Assembly: GCA_951406725.2 (NCBI GenBank)
Contig: OX597814.1
Span: forward strand, 93,992,001 to 94,056,000
Length of the DNA stretch: 64,000 nt
DNA from: Octopus vulgaris
Taxonomy: Eukaryota
Reading direction: 5' to 3'
Shown here piece after piece: positions 38,264-51,548 of this stretch; position 1 is the stretch's first letter, and every line of letters starts with the position of its first letter. A program made the position numbers and the translations under genes. The notes beneath the pieces are model-generated. The model worked only from the letters and a program-made list of their open reading frames with translations, was not told the DNA's origin and searched no databases.

Positions 38264-38266
<3 letters not shown>
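37779..38266 (-). mobile_element. RTE-clade LINE 3' fragment with inverted 5' segment
   Basis: Minus 37810-38064 reads KYRWAGHVARLTDNRWT..W.PRERKRPPGRPPRRWSDD, then a tail (caaagtgat)2. Plus 38063-38266 reads AENMDQLQTMLTEL...VGLKMNRMKTKFM...YVYLGQ. Confidence 0.9.
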
Positions 38267-38299
<33 letters not shown>

Positions 38300-38303
<4 letters not shown>

Positions 38304-39067
38304 GTCATCCCATAAGTTCTGTCCGATTTTACCTTTTTAAAATTGAATGAAATTTAATAGTATTTTAGAATGTCTAATGGAATTATTTTTATGCATTTAT
38401 GTACATTTAAACTAATTAAATTAAATTTTATAGAATAATAGAATTAAAATATCTGTGATAAATACCCTTTCTAACATGGAAGCATCCAAAGATCATTTAA
38501 GGCAAATAAGGAGTACAAAAAAGGAAACTCTGCAGCCGCAGCGATTCGAAACATACACACAGTTTATGGGAAAGAATGTTTGAATGAAAGAACTTGCAGG
38601 AGTTGGTTTGCAAAATTCAGAAGTGGAGATTTCTGCCTTGAAGATGAAGAACGAACAGAACGTCCAGTTGAGTTTTTTGATAAGCTCCTTGAGGCATTAC
38701 TTGAAGAAAATCCTGTATTATCAGTTGAAGAATTGGCAATAAAGCTTAGTTCAAACCATACAAATGTTCATCGTCATCTTCAACAGCTTGGAAGGGTTCC
38801 TAAACTTGGAAAATGGGTGCCTCATGAATTGTTTCATGAATTGTCTGAAAGCCATTGCAAATCCCGAGTTGACATCTGCTCTTCTCTCCATTCTCGAGAA
38901 ATCATTTCACCTTTTTTGGATAGATTTGTGAATGGTGAAGAAAAATAGATTTTCTATCGAAATGTTAAACGTCGTAAACAGTGGCTTAGTAAAAGGAAAA
39001 AAAGCTCAACCACAACCAAGAAGGAAACTTCATGAAAAATGTTTCTTCTCTCTATCTGGTGATTGCA

Positions 39068-39068
<1 letters not shown>
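38300..39068 (+). mobile_element. mariner element, 5' two-thirds
   Basis: TIR-like tcaggtcatcccataagttctgtccg after (TA)n; WFAKFRSGDFCLEDEER..RP, KLGKWVPHEL and FVNGEEK (VTGDEK). Confidence 0.88.
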
Positions 39069-39117
<49 letters not shown>

Positions 39118-39343
39118 GATCCTACCAACATCCTACTATTATCATACCACTCCCACATTTTTATTAATCTTTTTCTTCTTTTATTACTCCTCCTCCCCCT
39201 TCTTCTTCTTCTTCTTCTTCTTCTTCTTCTTCTTCGCCTCCTTTCTCAGCTACTACTGCTGCTTAACAATCAAAACAAGAACTCATATCAAATATTAGGA
39301 CTTCCACTACCTGTTACTACCAAGACCTTGCATTAATGAAAAT

Positions 39344-39470
39344 GTAGATGATTTAGATCTCATATAGAAGCAGATGTTGATGCTGAAGGTGGGTTTATTG
39401 AATAACATTATAGAAAAGATGTTTTATTTTTATGTTCATAATGTTTATAAAATAAATAATCTTATTATCT
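39344..39470 (+). mobile_element. 3' fragment of the DD37D family seen at 35970-37237
   Basis: Matches 37053-37180. Confidence 0.75.
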
Positions 39471-39665
39471 ATCCCTTGCATTTGAAAACAATGGAAATAT
39501 AAAAAAAAAACATTTCATCTAATATTTCCACAATTTAACCGTTTTTCATGCTTTACTCTAAGTTGAAATATTCGAAAAGACTGAAACCGGTGCGAAAATG
39601 ATCTTGATGATAAAATTATTTTAACATCTTCTACCTTTTGCTTATATTTTGCTTATATATACATA

Positions 39666-40158
39666 GAGTCTGTTCAATTTGGCGCACAGATTTTTTGATT
39701 ATTTTTTTTTAAACTAAACAGTTTGAAACTTCATATACTGGTGGAATTTCGCACGTAGAACACGGTTTACTTTGAACATTTTTGACCAAATTTCGTAGTT
39801 TAGAAATTATTTCGTGTTAAAAGTGTCGTATTTGGGTAATTTCAACCATTCAACGACTTGTATTTAGTTGAAGAAAGCTAGTGGTATTTGCTCTTTGCTC
39901 TTTTGCTCTTTTACTTGTTTCAGTCATTTGACTGTGGCCATGCTGGAGCACCGCCTTTAGTCAAGCAAATCGACCCCAGGACTTATTCTATGTAAGCCTA
40001 GTACTTATTTTATCGGTCTCTTTTGTCGAAGAGGAACAACTTGCGGGTCATCTCTACTAAACTGTGTTCTGCGTGAGAAATTTCACCAGTATACGAAGTT
40101 TCAAACTCTTTAGTTAAAAAAAATTAATTAAAAATCTGTGTGCTAAATTGAACAGATC

Positions 40159-40159
<1 letters not shown>
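39666..40159. mobile_element. Foldback/MITE related to 27216-27819, with a SINE C fragment (39890-40030, minus) in its centre
   Basis: Ends tctgttcaattt.gc.cacagatttt / aaaatctgtgtgctaaattgaacaga; shares gcacagattt...ttttaaactaaaca...ggtaatttcaacca with the 27-kb element. Confidence 0.75.
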
Positions 40160-40244
<85 letters not shown>

Positions 40245-40247
40245 GTT

Positions 40248-40283
<36 letters not shown>

Positions 40284-40760
40284 TGTGTATGTGTGTATGT
40301 GTGTATGAGCTTATCTGTCGCCCAGAAGCATGTATGGAGAAGTTGCTTCATAAATGCTTGCAAACACAGTGAAAGCTACTTTCAGTATATAGCCACGAGA
40401 AGACAGAAACACGTTTGACAAGCGGACTGTTGACCTAGACGGTTATCGAGGAAAAAGGATATAGGACTGCATGTTCATTAGAATTGTACTAATTTTCATC
40501 TAAGATAAAGAGACTAGAGTAATGGGGAATAAAGAAATCTAGTATTATCTATTACTTGATGTACATTCGGTGACGTTGAATTTATTACCATAGCTAAGCA
40601 TTTTTGCTGCATACCACAAACATATATGCGTTGTAACAATATAACATTATATCCTCTATGTTATCTTTGTCCTCATTTCCTCTAGAAGATCAGGACGACA
40701 AAAAAGTTCGTGTCAATGACCTTACACACGCACCTACACACACACAAACGCACACACACG

Positions 40761-40791
<31 letters not shown>

Positions 40792-41149
40792 AAACATACA
40801 TACGAGAAACATGACCTTGTGTTCTGTGTGTCGCCCTCACGATTGTGAGATCGCGGTTTCAACTCTTGGACCGAATAATGCGTTGTGGTCTTTAGCAAAA
40901 CACCTAATCTTACGTTGCTCTACGATCACTTAGACACCTGACGTGTAGTACACTGTGTATATTTACTGTACAAGCAATGCCAATTTGATGGAGGAAGGGA
41001 GCAATTGGACAGCATATATATCTGCTTTCTAAAAACAAATCATTTGTGCAGGTCGATCGGCAAACACAGAACACTCATATGTCATCATTAAAGGGAGAAT
41101 CCATCGTAAAAAGATATGTAATGAAATATGCGTATATAGTCTGAATTTT

Positions 41150-42745
41150 ATAGAGATAATAATCCACCACGGCTAGCCTTACCAATCGGCTTCGGGGCGT
41201 AAAATTATATAACGGAGTGTTACCCAATAAAGCGGTCATATAATAGACGCTCGTCAGAGATAGCCGACATGAAAGGGGAAACGAGCAAGACCTTCTAATA
41301 GGACTATTCTCTTCTCTGACAAAACAAAAATATCTCTATAGGATAAGTTGTTGCACACATGCACAGCACCTTAATAACAGTTTTACACAAACATACGGGA
41401 AGGCCACCCCCTACACATATGATAATATTAAACAGGAGGCCAAAGATATAGCAATTAAACTAAGTATAGAAGATACGATAGAGACTCTGGTGAAGAGAGA
41501 CATTCCTTTCTATTAGCATTGGCCTATACATGAATGAAGAGCTGGCAATTTCAACAGGTGCCAACGGCCATACGCCAGATAGACTCCGAAAAGAACTCGC
41601 GCCCACTATGAACTCTCTCGGACTAAGGGTTATTACAGAGGCCAATCTGAAAACAGTTGATTTCCTTGATGTGACCCTGGATCTGGATTCAGGTGCCTGT
41701 AGTTCCTTTAAAAAACCTAATGAGAAGTTGTGTTAATATAAGACATACAGTCATAGCGTTCAGGAAACTGGTTAAGGGCGTCAGCAGGAGAATCTCCACC
41801 TTGTCTTCAAGCAAACAGATCTTCGATTCCACTACCTCATATAACAACCGGGCTCTGGTCGCCAATAGGTTCAAGGAGAAGATTTGTTACATCTCAGACC
41901 CTAACCCTACCAAGAGAAAACGTGGTTTCGCTGCTTTTCTCTTGAAACGTTAGGACCAGGGTAAGTACGATATTTCTTAGCTTAATTGACAGACACTTCC
42001 CACGGACTAATAGATTCTATAAAATATTTAATAGGCATACCCTGAGATTATCCTTTAGCTGTGCACCTAGTGTAAAAAAGATTTTAGTAGTTAAACCCCG
42101 ACTCGTGTCTGAGGCAGGATGCTCATGTAGGGATAACATAACGTGCCCACTAAACGAACAATGCAATACGAAAACAACCATCTACGAGGCAGAAGTAACA
42201 ATAACAGGACCCAATGAACAACCGAGCGTGCAGAAATAAGTGGAGGAAACGAAACGCCCCTCCAGAACTTGCTTTAACAACTACAAGTTCTCTTTGAACA
42301 TCCCAGAGAAACGGAACGCCACAACCCCAGTCATGTACATCTGGGCTTTAAAAGAAAGTGCCACAGAATACAGCATCAAGTGGAAGATCATAGAAAGATG
42401 CAAGTCGTATTTCAACAGTAGCAGGAGGTGCAGATTATGCCTGGCCGAGAAGAAGGCAATCCTAAAAGTCAACTTACGTCCGGATATTTACCTAAATAGC
42501 AGGAGTGAGGTATTTAAGCCTTGTCCACATGAAAGAAAATACATTCTGTTATACCTGCGCGACCCACCATGATTATACACACGGGTTCCTTGCCTCATCT
42601 TTCTGCAATCGACTTTCCACCAAGGCCCTTGGGGCTGGCATAAAGAGATTGACCTCGACACACATCAACATACCCATGTACACAAATACACACACACACA
42701 CACATAAGACAGACAACTCGCAGATAACCAACCATCAACACCCTC
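41150..42745 (+). mobile_element. Penelope-like element (RT motif C to GIY-YIG), degraded
   Basis: IGLYMNEELAI (GLYRDDGL-type), ANLKTVDFLDVTLDL, KIFNRHTLRLSFSC, CSCRDNITCPLNEQC, and IKWKII...RCRLCLAEK..LNSRSEV...CPH. Confidence 0.9.
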
Positions 42746-44700
42746 CCTGGGCGTCGGTTATTGTAGAGCCAGCTGCATTCTTCAGGCCACCCACTGATGA
42801 CTTTGTGGGCCCGAAGATCTCCGTGGTTGCGGTATAAAAGCAGTGCAAGTCTCGTTGATCCGTATAGATTTGCATCTCCTCTGCTTTCCTCTGCCACCAG
42901 ATGTTCTGAGCTTCTTTAATTCCTCGCGGGCATTCCGCTGATGCTTGCTGGTGTTTTCGTTTGTCTTCCGCGGTAGCATGGTTCTTGAAGGGGAGGCGCG
43001 TCTGGAGTTTGGCATCGATAAAACGGGAGATGGTTTCATCATTCTCGTCGAACCAGTTTTGGTCTCCTTTCGGGTAAAGCTGATCATCTCTTCGGTGGCA
43101 GCGAGCATGGCTTCACAAAGGCTGGTCCAGCGATCTGCAAAGAAGGTCGGCTCTGGGAAGTCCATCAAGTGTTTCTCAATGGATTCCTTGAATTTTTGGG
43201 ATGCCTGTGAGCTCTGGAGTTTGGTAAGGGATGTTTGCCGAGACCCACTTTGGTGTACGGCGGATCTTGACGTCAAGGCCAGAAATAACGTGGTGATTCG
43301 TCCAGCAGCCATATGCTCTAGACATGCAGGTGGGGATGCTTACATCTTTCATCTATCCCTGGATCTTGTCAGAACGTTGTCGAGGATGTGCCAGTGTTTA
43401 GACCGTGGGTGTTTCCAATTCGGCCTTTGTTGGGTAGGGAGACGAAATAGGGAGTTGGTGGTGATGAGTTCATGCTTGACACAAAGGCCCAAAATGCCGT
43501 TCCACAGACAATGGTCACTGTCGACTCTGCCGTTAAATTCCCCCAACAAGACGAGTTTGTCATGATCGAGGACTGCCTAGATGGTGCGGTCCAGCAGATT
43601 CTAGAATGAAGTCTTGATGTCGTCTTCAGATGTGAAGGTTGGAGTGTGCACAGAGATTAGCGTAAGGTGTCTGTCCCGAATGAGGACAGTCTGTGTTGGT
43701 CCACGAGTTTCGTTTTGATGACAAGGCTAACTCTATGAATGCGTGGTTCGTTAGGATTGTTCCACTTCCAAAAAATGGTGTATTTGGAGACAACTTCCCT
43801 CATGCTGCCTTCTCCGGGAAACCTAGTCTCGCTCAAGGCTCCTATATCGATGTTGAAGCGGGCAGGTTTCTTGAAGACGAGGGATGTGCGTCGCTCCTGA
43901 TGATTAATGTCACTCTTATCCTGGAGAGTACGCATGTTCCAGGCCCCGAAATTGGTAGGTTGTGAAACAAAGATTTAGTAGTTAATAATGGATGAGTAGA
44001 GGTAGGGTTCCGACCGCTCAGTGGGAGGTCCGCCAGCCGCGGTATGCTGGCCAGATCGAGTTGCCGTGTCCGATGCTTATCCCACCTTTATTAGGGGCTC
44101 CTTCTCAAGGGGTGGGCAGTGGTAATCCTAAATAGGCCATCACAATCACGAGTCCAGCTGCCGAACTCAAATGTCACGGCTATTCATTGGAGAGCGACCA
44201 TCTAAGATTCGCCGCCAAGGTATTGTCACAGACTAGAGGCTTCCAGCTTTCCAGACCGGCCTTCGGCGCCTGCGATACCATCAGCATTGGGCTTTTTTTG
44301 TTTTGTGAGACCAAAAGAATAGAAAGATGCAGCCAGTCGCTGAGTAAATTGTTTGAGGTGATCGTGGCTGCACAAAGACTTCTCTACTGCCAAAACCTTT
44401 TCTATTTCGGCTCAAGAATTGAGACGTGTAGTCTTGTTGAGGCTGATTGCAGTGAGCTGCCGGAGTCTATCCGCCTTTGTCACGTCTACTGCCAGGCGTT
44501 GCCCTCTTCCGCCGGAGTCACTTCTCTGGAGCACGAGAATGTCCCTCTTCTCTTGATGTTGGTGTTTGGTCGTATTTAATCTGGGACCTCATCTTCGACC
44601 TTGCTGTTATGGATGGCCCTATCAGGACACTAAAACTCCAAATGGCATCGCTCTCAGAATCAGTGGAGCACACCACGGCAAAGGACGACCATTGGAAGGT
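42746..44700 (-). mobile_element. RTE (BovB-like) LINE: 5' UTR, APE endonuclease and linker; RT missing
   Basis: FGAWNMRTLQD, IDIGALSETRFPGEG, LGEFNGRV, WKHPRSKHWHILDNVL, NQDWFDENDE-like, WWQRKAEEMQ and EIFGPTK. Confidence 0.9.
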
Positions 44701-44705
44701 ATATG

Positions 44706-44771
<66 letters not shown>

Positions 44772-44985
44772 CATCGGCACTAAGAATGACAAGGGAGCAC
44801 AGGGCACCTGCATTGCTAGAAATAAGAGTCATAGACTCCTTAGCCACAAAAAGCATGTATTGACGGGGGATGAGTATTAACTGTCTATACGAAAGACCAT
44901 GTGCTTTATGTGGTTAAGGAGTCTACGATTATTACTTATAGCAATGCTGGTGCTCACTGCACACTTCTAACTGTTAGTGACGGTA
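44772..44985. mobile_element. Palindromic MITE-like element
   Basis: gcattgctagaaataagagtcatagactccttagccacaaaaagca pairs with tgctttatgtggttaaggagtctacgattattacttatagcaatgc; ends catcggcactaa / ttagtgacggta. Confidence 0.75.
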
Positions 44986-45367
44986 AATTATTTCGTTGTT
45001 GCTTTTAAGTTGCTGCTAGCCACCTTGTTTATATATATATATATATATGTTAGTACATATATATATGTATGTATGTATATATATATCATAATGAGACTAA
45101 TTCTCCGATTTTAAAGCGACAATTTTTAAATATAAAAAAAAATGCGCGAAAAATGATGAGCTAACCTCAGGCTGAATCGAGCTCACAATTCAATACTTTT
45201 ATGGTTCCTTGCGAATCTGATTGGCCAAACGCTCAGCCATTAATTTCAGTCAAATTTAGTTAATATATACTTAAACTGTCTTAATACTACATACATGATA
45301 TTTTTATAAACAAATATGAAAAACTTTGCGACTTACAGAGAGAAAGCTACTATGGAACGCTCTGTAG

Positions 45368-45422
<55 letters not shown>

Positions 45423-45522
45423 GTCACATAGCCAGTTGGAGACGGTGTTTCCTGGGGCTAAACAACAGTAGCAATCGTCCCTTCCAAGACAGCCACATTA
45501 TGCTGGCAAAGACCCTTTACTA

Positions 45523-45565
<43 letters not shown>

Positions 45566-45840
45566 TTTTTTACTTTTCTTTGAAGTCATTAAAGTACAAT
45601 TTTGATAAACTGATAAATGATTAACTATAGCTTTATTCTATAGGTATATAGGTTAATGAGTCACCTTGCATTTCGTCTGAATGACGACGATGATGATGGT
45701 GGTGATGATGATGATGATGATGATGATGATGTTAATGATGTTGAGAATGATGATGATGATGATGATAATAATAATAATAATAATATATCCATCCATTCAC
45801 ATATGTTCCATATAGACGCATTATATTACATTACGTGTAA

Positions 45841-45891
<51 letters not shown>

Positions 45892-46365
45892 GGTGCAGCG
45901 ACTAGTTTCAGTTTAAATATATTATCAATTTAGGAAGACATCAATATCTGAAAGGAAAAAAAATGAAAAAAAAGCAAAACAAAATAATCACTTAAATAAA
46001 ATAAATAAATAAAATAATAAGCTAAACGAATGAAATAGGATGGTAAATAAAATAAAATGAAACAAAATGAATTCTAAAGATACGTTAACGAAATGTGAAA
46101 GTTTCTCTGCATAGCAGAACTTATTTAAACTCTACATGCAATCTGTAGATCAATAATAATTTATTTTGGGGTTGACTGCGTGTATGTTTTAAACCACTTT
46201 TATCTCTGAGGATGTCTTTGAAAGCTTTTTCCGTTATTGATTTTACTTGCGATACTACAAAATATCGTTAAGTTCTTTTAATTTAGAAAATTGACAAGCT
46301 TTGGTGTATCTCCAGCGAATTCTTTAATTAATTTGTATTTTCTTTATGACATAATTATCTATATA

Positions 46366-46790
46366 GGTGCAGGCGTCGTTGTTTGGTAAGCTGTTTGCTT
46401 CCCAGCCCCATGATTCTGCGGTCAGTCCCACTGTGTGGCACCTTGGGCAAGTGTCTTTTACTATAGCCCCGGGCCTTGTGATTGGATTTGATAGACCTAA
46501 ACTGAAACAAAACCCGTCATATATATATATGTGTGTGTGTATGTGTGTGTGGATGTGTGTGTGTGTGTGTGTGTGTTTTCTGTGCAGGCGTATGTGTTTG
46601 TACGTATCACAGCTTGACAACTGGTACTGGCTTTTTTGCATCCCCATAATCTAGCGGTTCAGCATAAGAGACCAATAGAAAATGTACCGAGTTTGAAATA
46701 TATGAGTATTAGGTATCGATTCGTTCGACTAAAAACCCCTCAAAGCGATGCCCCAGCGTGACCACAGTCAAATAGCCGAAACAAATAAAA
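46366..46790 (+). mobile_element. SINE family C, full length, diverged
   Basis: Collinear with 19628-20040. Confidence 0.8.
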
Positions 46791-47849
46791 GTTGAAAGAT
46801 GTATATGCACACATACATACGCATGCGCGCGTACATATGAACAGATATGTATGACGTCTGATTTTTTTTTAGAAATAGCGTCAACTAATATATATTAGAA
46901 TTATTATTTTTATTGCAATGTGATAAACAAACCACCGACTGGTTGTTTTTCGGTTTTATGTCACACACACACGCATAGTTTCATATTTTCGTCCGTTATT
47001 TAAAGACATTATGCGGTGATTTGTGGGATAATTAGGTGCTATTTCTAGCAGATATATCGACTGCACGCTAAACAAGTTTTTAATAGTATATACATATAAT
47101 TTGTATAAACCCTTAATATCTAACCACTAACTTATGTCAAAATTACATTGTTGAATTTAGTTTATAAAGTATTAATGATTTAGCATACTCATAAGACAGA
47201 TTTAAAATTATATTACTCTGTGTAGCACGATTTTTGTCCTTGGGTAGCAACTGTTATCTCCTAATTGTTTACCAATTGAAAGTATGAAAAATGGTCAATA
47301 TTTCCTTCAAGCTTTGCTTTTATTACATTTATCCAAGCTTCAAATAATGCCTCCCAGCACATAGCTATGATGCTCCTTCACTACTCCTACTCGCGCACGT
47401 ATCGTCAGCCACTAAAGGACATGCTCAAATGGTTATGGTCAAATCGAAAGATAGGTTAATTTTGTTTCCTTCCTATATGTGAACAATATTTCTTCATTTC
47501 TTTAAAATTATAGTCCCTATAGCAATATTGTCATGTCAACAACAGGCAGAGTAAGTTAGATTAGGGAGCACAAGTGATAAAGAACTGAATCTACTCTTAA
47601 AGTTAAAAAAAACTGAGAGAAGAGATAGGATTGAATGAAAGCAGCTGTAGAGCTATATGTGTCGGTTCTGAGCAAATACAGAGTTCAAAATGAACATATG
47701 AAACATCATTTTTATTAAAAATATCAAAATTGGTATTTTAGAATTTCATTGTAATTTAAAATTAATCCAAATTGCTGCTTGAAGTTTTTGTTACGTAAAC
47801 AGAATGATTTGCATTAGCATCATCATTAGAATTCAATTTTACCTTAACA

Positions 47850-48750
47850 TGGTTCCTAATTCTCATATAAAGATTAAACATATGTGGATATATCTTCACT
47901 AGAAACCCTTCTGAAGTGGCTATCTTGCGCAGTGTTCGTGGAAAATCATGTGAAGGGAAGGATGTGAGAGTTTTAGCTTCTGATTTCTCCCTCTCTTACA
48001 CAGAGAAAAACATGTTTCCCTGTAATATATTTAAGAAACAATGAAGTAAAAAGTATAATAATTCGAAAAGGGGCGATTTTTGTTCCCGAGTAATTTCTCG
48101 AGGAAGAAGGCAAGAGAACACTGATGTACCCCTGTTTCTTGAAAAAATAATAAAGTGCAATTCCACATGCAACTGAGAGAGGATTTGAACACTTTCTCCG
48201 ATATATGGCAGAAAGTATAGCACCTTCTGCTTGCAAGCATTATATAGTACTTCTGACACTTTCTAAATCTCTTGTTGTTTAGAGGGTGTAATGATACCGT
48301 TCTTTCTGCATTTTAATAGTGCTTGTATATTGTTGATCTATGGTACTCTGATGAACACCTGTTATTGTGTCTGGGACAGATACTAATATAGGCAGAGTTC
48401 TTTTTAATGTTTGTCCCATAGCCCTGCTTTGTCAATGAAAGGTAACCTATTACTTTCGGTGGTTGTAGTCGACATGTTTCAAAGAGCTGAGTGCAAAGCA
48501 TTCTCGCCAAACAAGCAAGCATAAGCCTCTTTAGGTTCAACTTAAAGCAGAGGTTTACGATGAATTGGTAAATGATGGTCTCTAGGAAATTTGATGACAG
48601 GAAATCGCAATTACCGACATGGTTCATATGAGAAGGTCTGCTCTTCAATTCTGCCTGGAGAGAACAGCTAGCTGGTGTACAAAATAAGAGGGCACTTGGG
48701 ATACGCTGATAGTCTAGAGATAGTGACTTTCATGTGGATGAATTTGTTCA
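47850..48750 (-). mobile_element. Decayed Penelope-like RT fragment
   Basis: ENALHSAL*...ESNRLPFID (N.LH..L.FT.E.E..N.LPFLD) followed by VLYFLPYIGES. Confidence 0.5.
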
Positions 48751-50318
48751 TTTTCAGTCGTTGGAGTGATTTAATTTCTGTTTTTCATGATACGTTACAT
48801 TTATACCTCTTCCCTTTGTAGTTACTGTTAAAAACATTTGGTTGTTCCGTATGTACGTATCTCAAACACTATGTGGGCAATGAATAAATGATTATTTTAG
48901 GATTAATCCTAATGTAAAAAAGATACAAACTCTATTCATCTTTATGCTAAAAAAATTTTATAGATCTTCGAAAATACGAAATAATCGCGTCTAAGAATCC
49001 CTATTATTGTTATTTTTGAGCGAGCATGTAACTATGTTATTTATAGATAACCTATATTCGTCTGAAGAGAAGCGATTGTATATCAATCTCATTGTATGTA
49101 TTGCAAATTAAGTAATATTTCTTAAATGCAATAGCCTTTCAATCAATAGTTAAAGCAATATAATTCCTGTGCTTTTCAGCTTAATTCTGCACGAAATTAT
49201 AGTGCTTCAATTAATAATAAGCTATTCATTTATCTGTTTATTTATTTAAGTTTATTTATTTTATATCATATTTTGTATATAATTCCGTGGTTGATTACAT
49301 GTTTCCAACAGCATAATCAAGACTTCACTTCATTCTCACCAGGAGAGTGGCAAGAAGTTGTTATATTGTACAATAGAATAAATCTATAGATTTTTAACCA
49401 ACATTCTGTTTAAGCTGGTGTCAATATACCATTTCTAAATAAAATACGGTAGTGAATATATAAAGAGGGATTATTTCCTATCTTGCATCTTGATTTCATC
49501 AGCCACCGAGTCCCTCTTTAACTGTTTCCCGAGATACGAAATTCTTTATTAAACTGTACAGGAAAAATCCATCTATGACCCATTCTTGTTAGCTGGTTAG
49601 ATTAACTTACTACTCGTGCGATAACTGTGTATTTTTAAAGCTATAATCTACTCTAGAATATATTTATAGATGTTATTTGTTGTTATCAGTACTGTACGTG
49701 TCGGGTTTGTTCGTGTCAGTAATATACGCATACAGATTTTATGAACAAAAAAAATGGAGTTCAAAATCTAAGTGTTTCCTCAATTTCCTCATTTTTCTCC
49801 ATTATCTGACATCGATATTCGCAGCCTCTCCGGAGACAAGGTAGGGCATGAATGGCAAAGTCACGATTACAATTCTGACCATCAACTCTTCTGAATTATG
49901 GATAACCTTCCGAATGTTCGTGGTGTCTTATGCTACAGCGTTGTTGCGAATTCGAAATAAACGAAACGAGTACGGTTCTACAATTAGCTATCTCTGTACA
50001 ACATGCACTTAGAGTGGCGAATCCTTCTGCACACAAATGCTATTGAAGGTTTATAACTTGTGGAGTTCTATCTAATATAAGTAATTGCGTAGAAGGTGAA
50101 GCCAAGTTCCTGTTGCGTCCAAGCTACAAATTATTCTATTTGATACAATTGATAATGTAGCTGCAGAAAGTTATACAGACATATATGTTGGTGAGTGTAT
50201 GACTGTATGTACTTATATGTGTGTGTTTATGTATATTATTGTTGATTTATATCAGTAATATAGGCAAACTTCGGCGAGAAAACAGAAACCTGGTGCTCTT
50301 CTAACGAAATCATCTAAT

Positions 50319-50633
50319 GGGGCTCAGTGGTTAGGGCATTCGGCTGACAATCGTAAGGTTATAAGCTCAATTTTTAGCGACGCGTTGTGTCCTTCAGCAA
50401 AACACTTTATTTCTCATTATTTCATTCCCAATCAGCTGGCAAAAACGAGCAGCACCGCTATTTCAAAAGAGATAGCTTTGTCACATGCCGTGCCACGCTG
50501 AATCTCCCTGAGAAGCTTCTTTAAGGGTACATGTGTCTGTGGAGTGCTCGGCCACTTGCACGTTAATTTCACGAGCAGGCTGTTCCATAGGTCACATTAA
50601 CTGGAACCCACGTCGTCGTAATAGACTGAGTGC
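50319..50633 (+). mobile_element. SINE family A
   Basis: Collinear with 4563-4878. Confidence 0.8.
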
Positions 50634-51331
50634 TAGTAATTTACTTCGTATCGTGTAAGAAATACTTTCTTGATACTTTTATCAAAAATGCTGTGAATCA
50701 ATGTCAAAAGCGTAACTTATAACACAGTTATATAGTTACATACAGTTAAATCATTGCCAAAACAAAATATACTATAAAATTCTGGTTTCCACGAAAGAAT
50801 AGCAGATACGCACTCATAATACATATGACATACACACACAACACATTCACGCAGCAAAACGCAGACACGCACAGCATAATGAATACAATGCAAACACATA
50901 GTAACTAAGGCGACTATGCTCGTATTTTGATTTGGTTTTTTTAACCTGGACTGACCGATGGCTAACAAACGACAACGATGCTAACAACAGTAGCAGCTTC
51001 ACTACTCAACAAGCCAACACACCACAAATAGTATGACACATTGTACTAGGCACACCAACAATCGAAACACGGAGAACTAAATAATTTCTCCCATGTTTTA
51101 CATTTCCTCATTTGAAAGTCATTTTAGCAAGCGTACGGTTTATTGTCTAGTTCTTATTGCAACGGCTTCATTATCGAAAATTAGCAAAGACCCAAGCCGT
51201 AAAGAATGCAGAAAATATGCGACCAGAAAAAAAAATATAGGGAAACAGAAGACATAGACTTAATTGCCTGGCATTTCATACAGATACCCAACAATTTTAT
51301 TTTTTTCATTTTCTTGAGCAATTTACTTAAT

Positions 51332-51548
51332 ATTCTTTTCTTCTCTTGGCATAAGGCCCCACATTTTGGGGGAGAAAGCCAGTCGATTAGATTGACCTCA
51401 GTACGCAACTTGTACTCAATTTGTCGATCTCGATAGGATGAAAAGCAAAGATAATCTCGTCGGAATTTGAATTCAGAGCGTAAAGACAGTCAAAATACAG
51501 CTAACCATTTCGCCAGGCCTGCTAACGTTTCTGTCAGCTTGCCGCCTT
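51332..51548 (-). mobile_element. SINE family D monomer
   Basis: Reverse complement of the head plus terminal unit seen at 53424-54301. Confidence 0.75.

Noticed and set aside
42785-42825. CTGATGA as a hammerhead core
   Set aside because: It lies in the antisense of RTE coding sequence and no GAAA or stem III follows.
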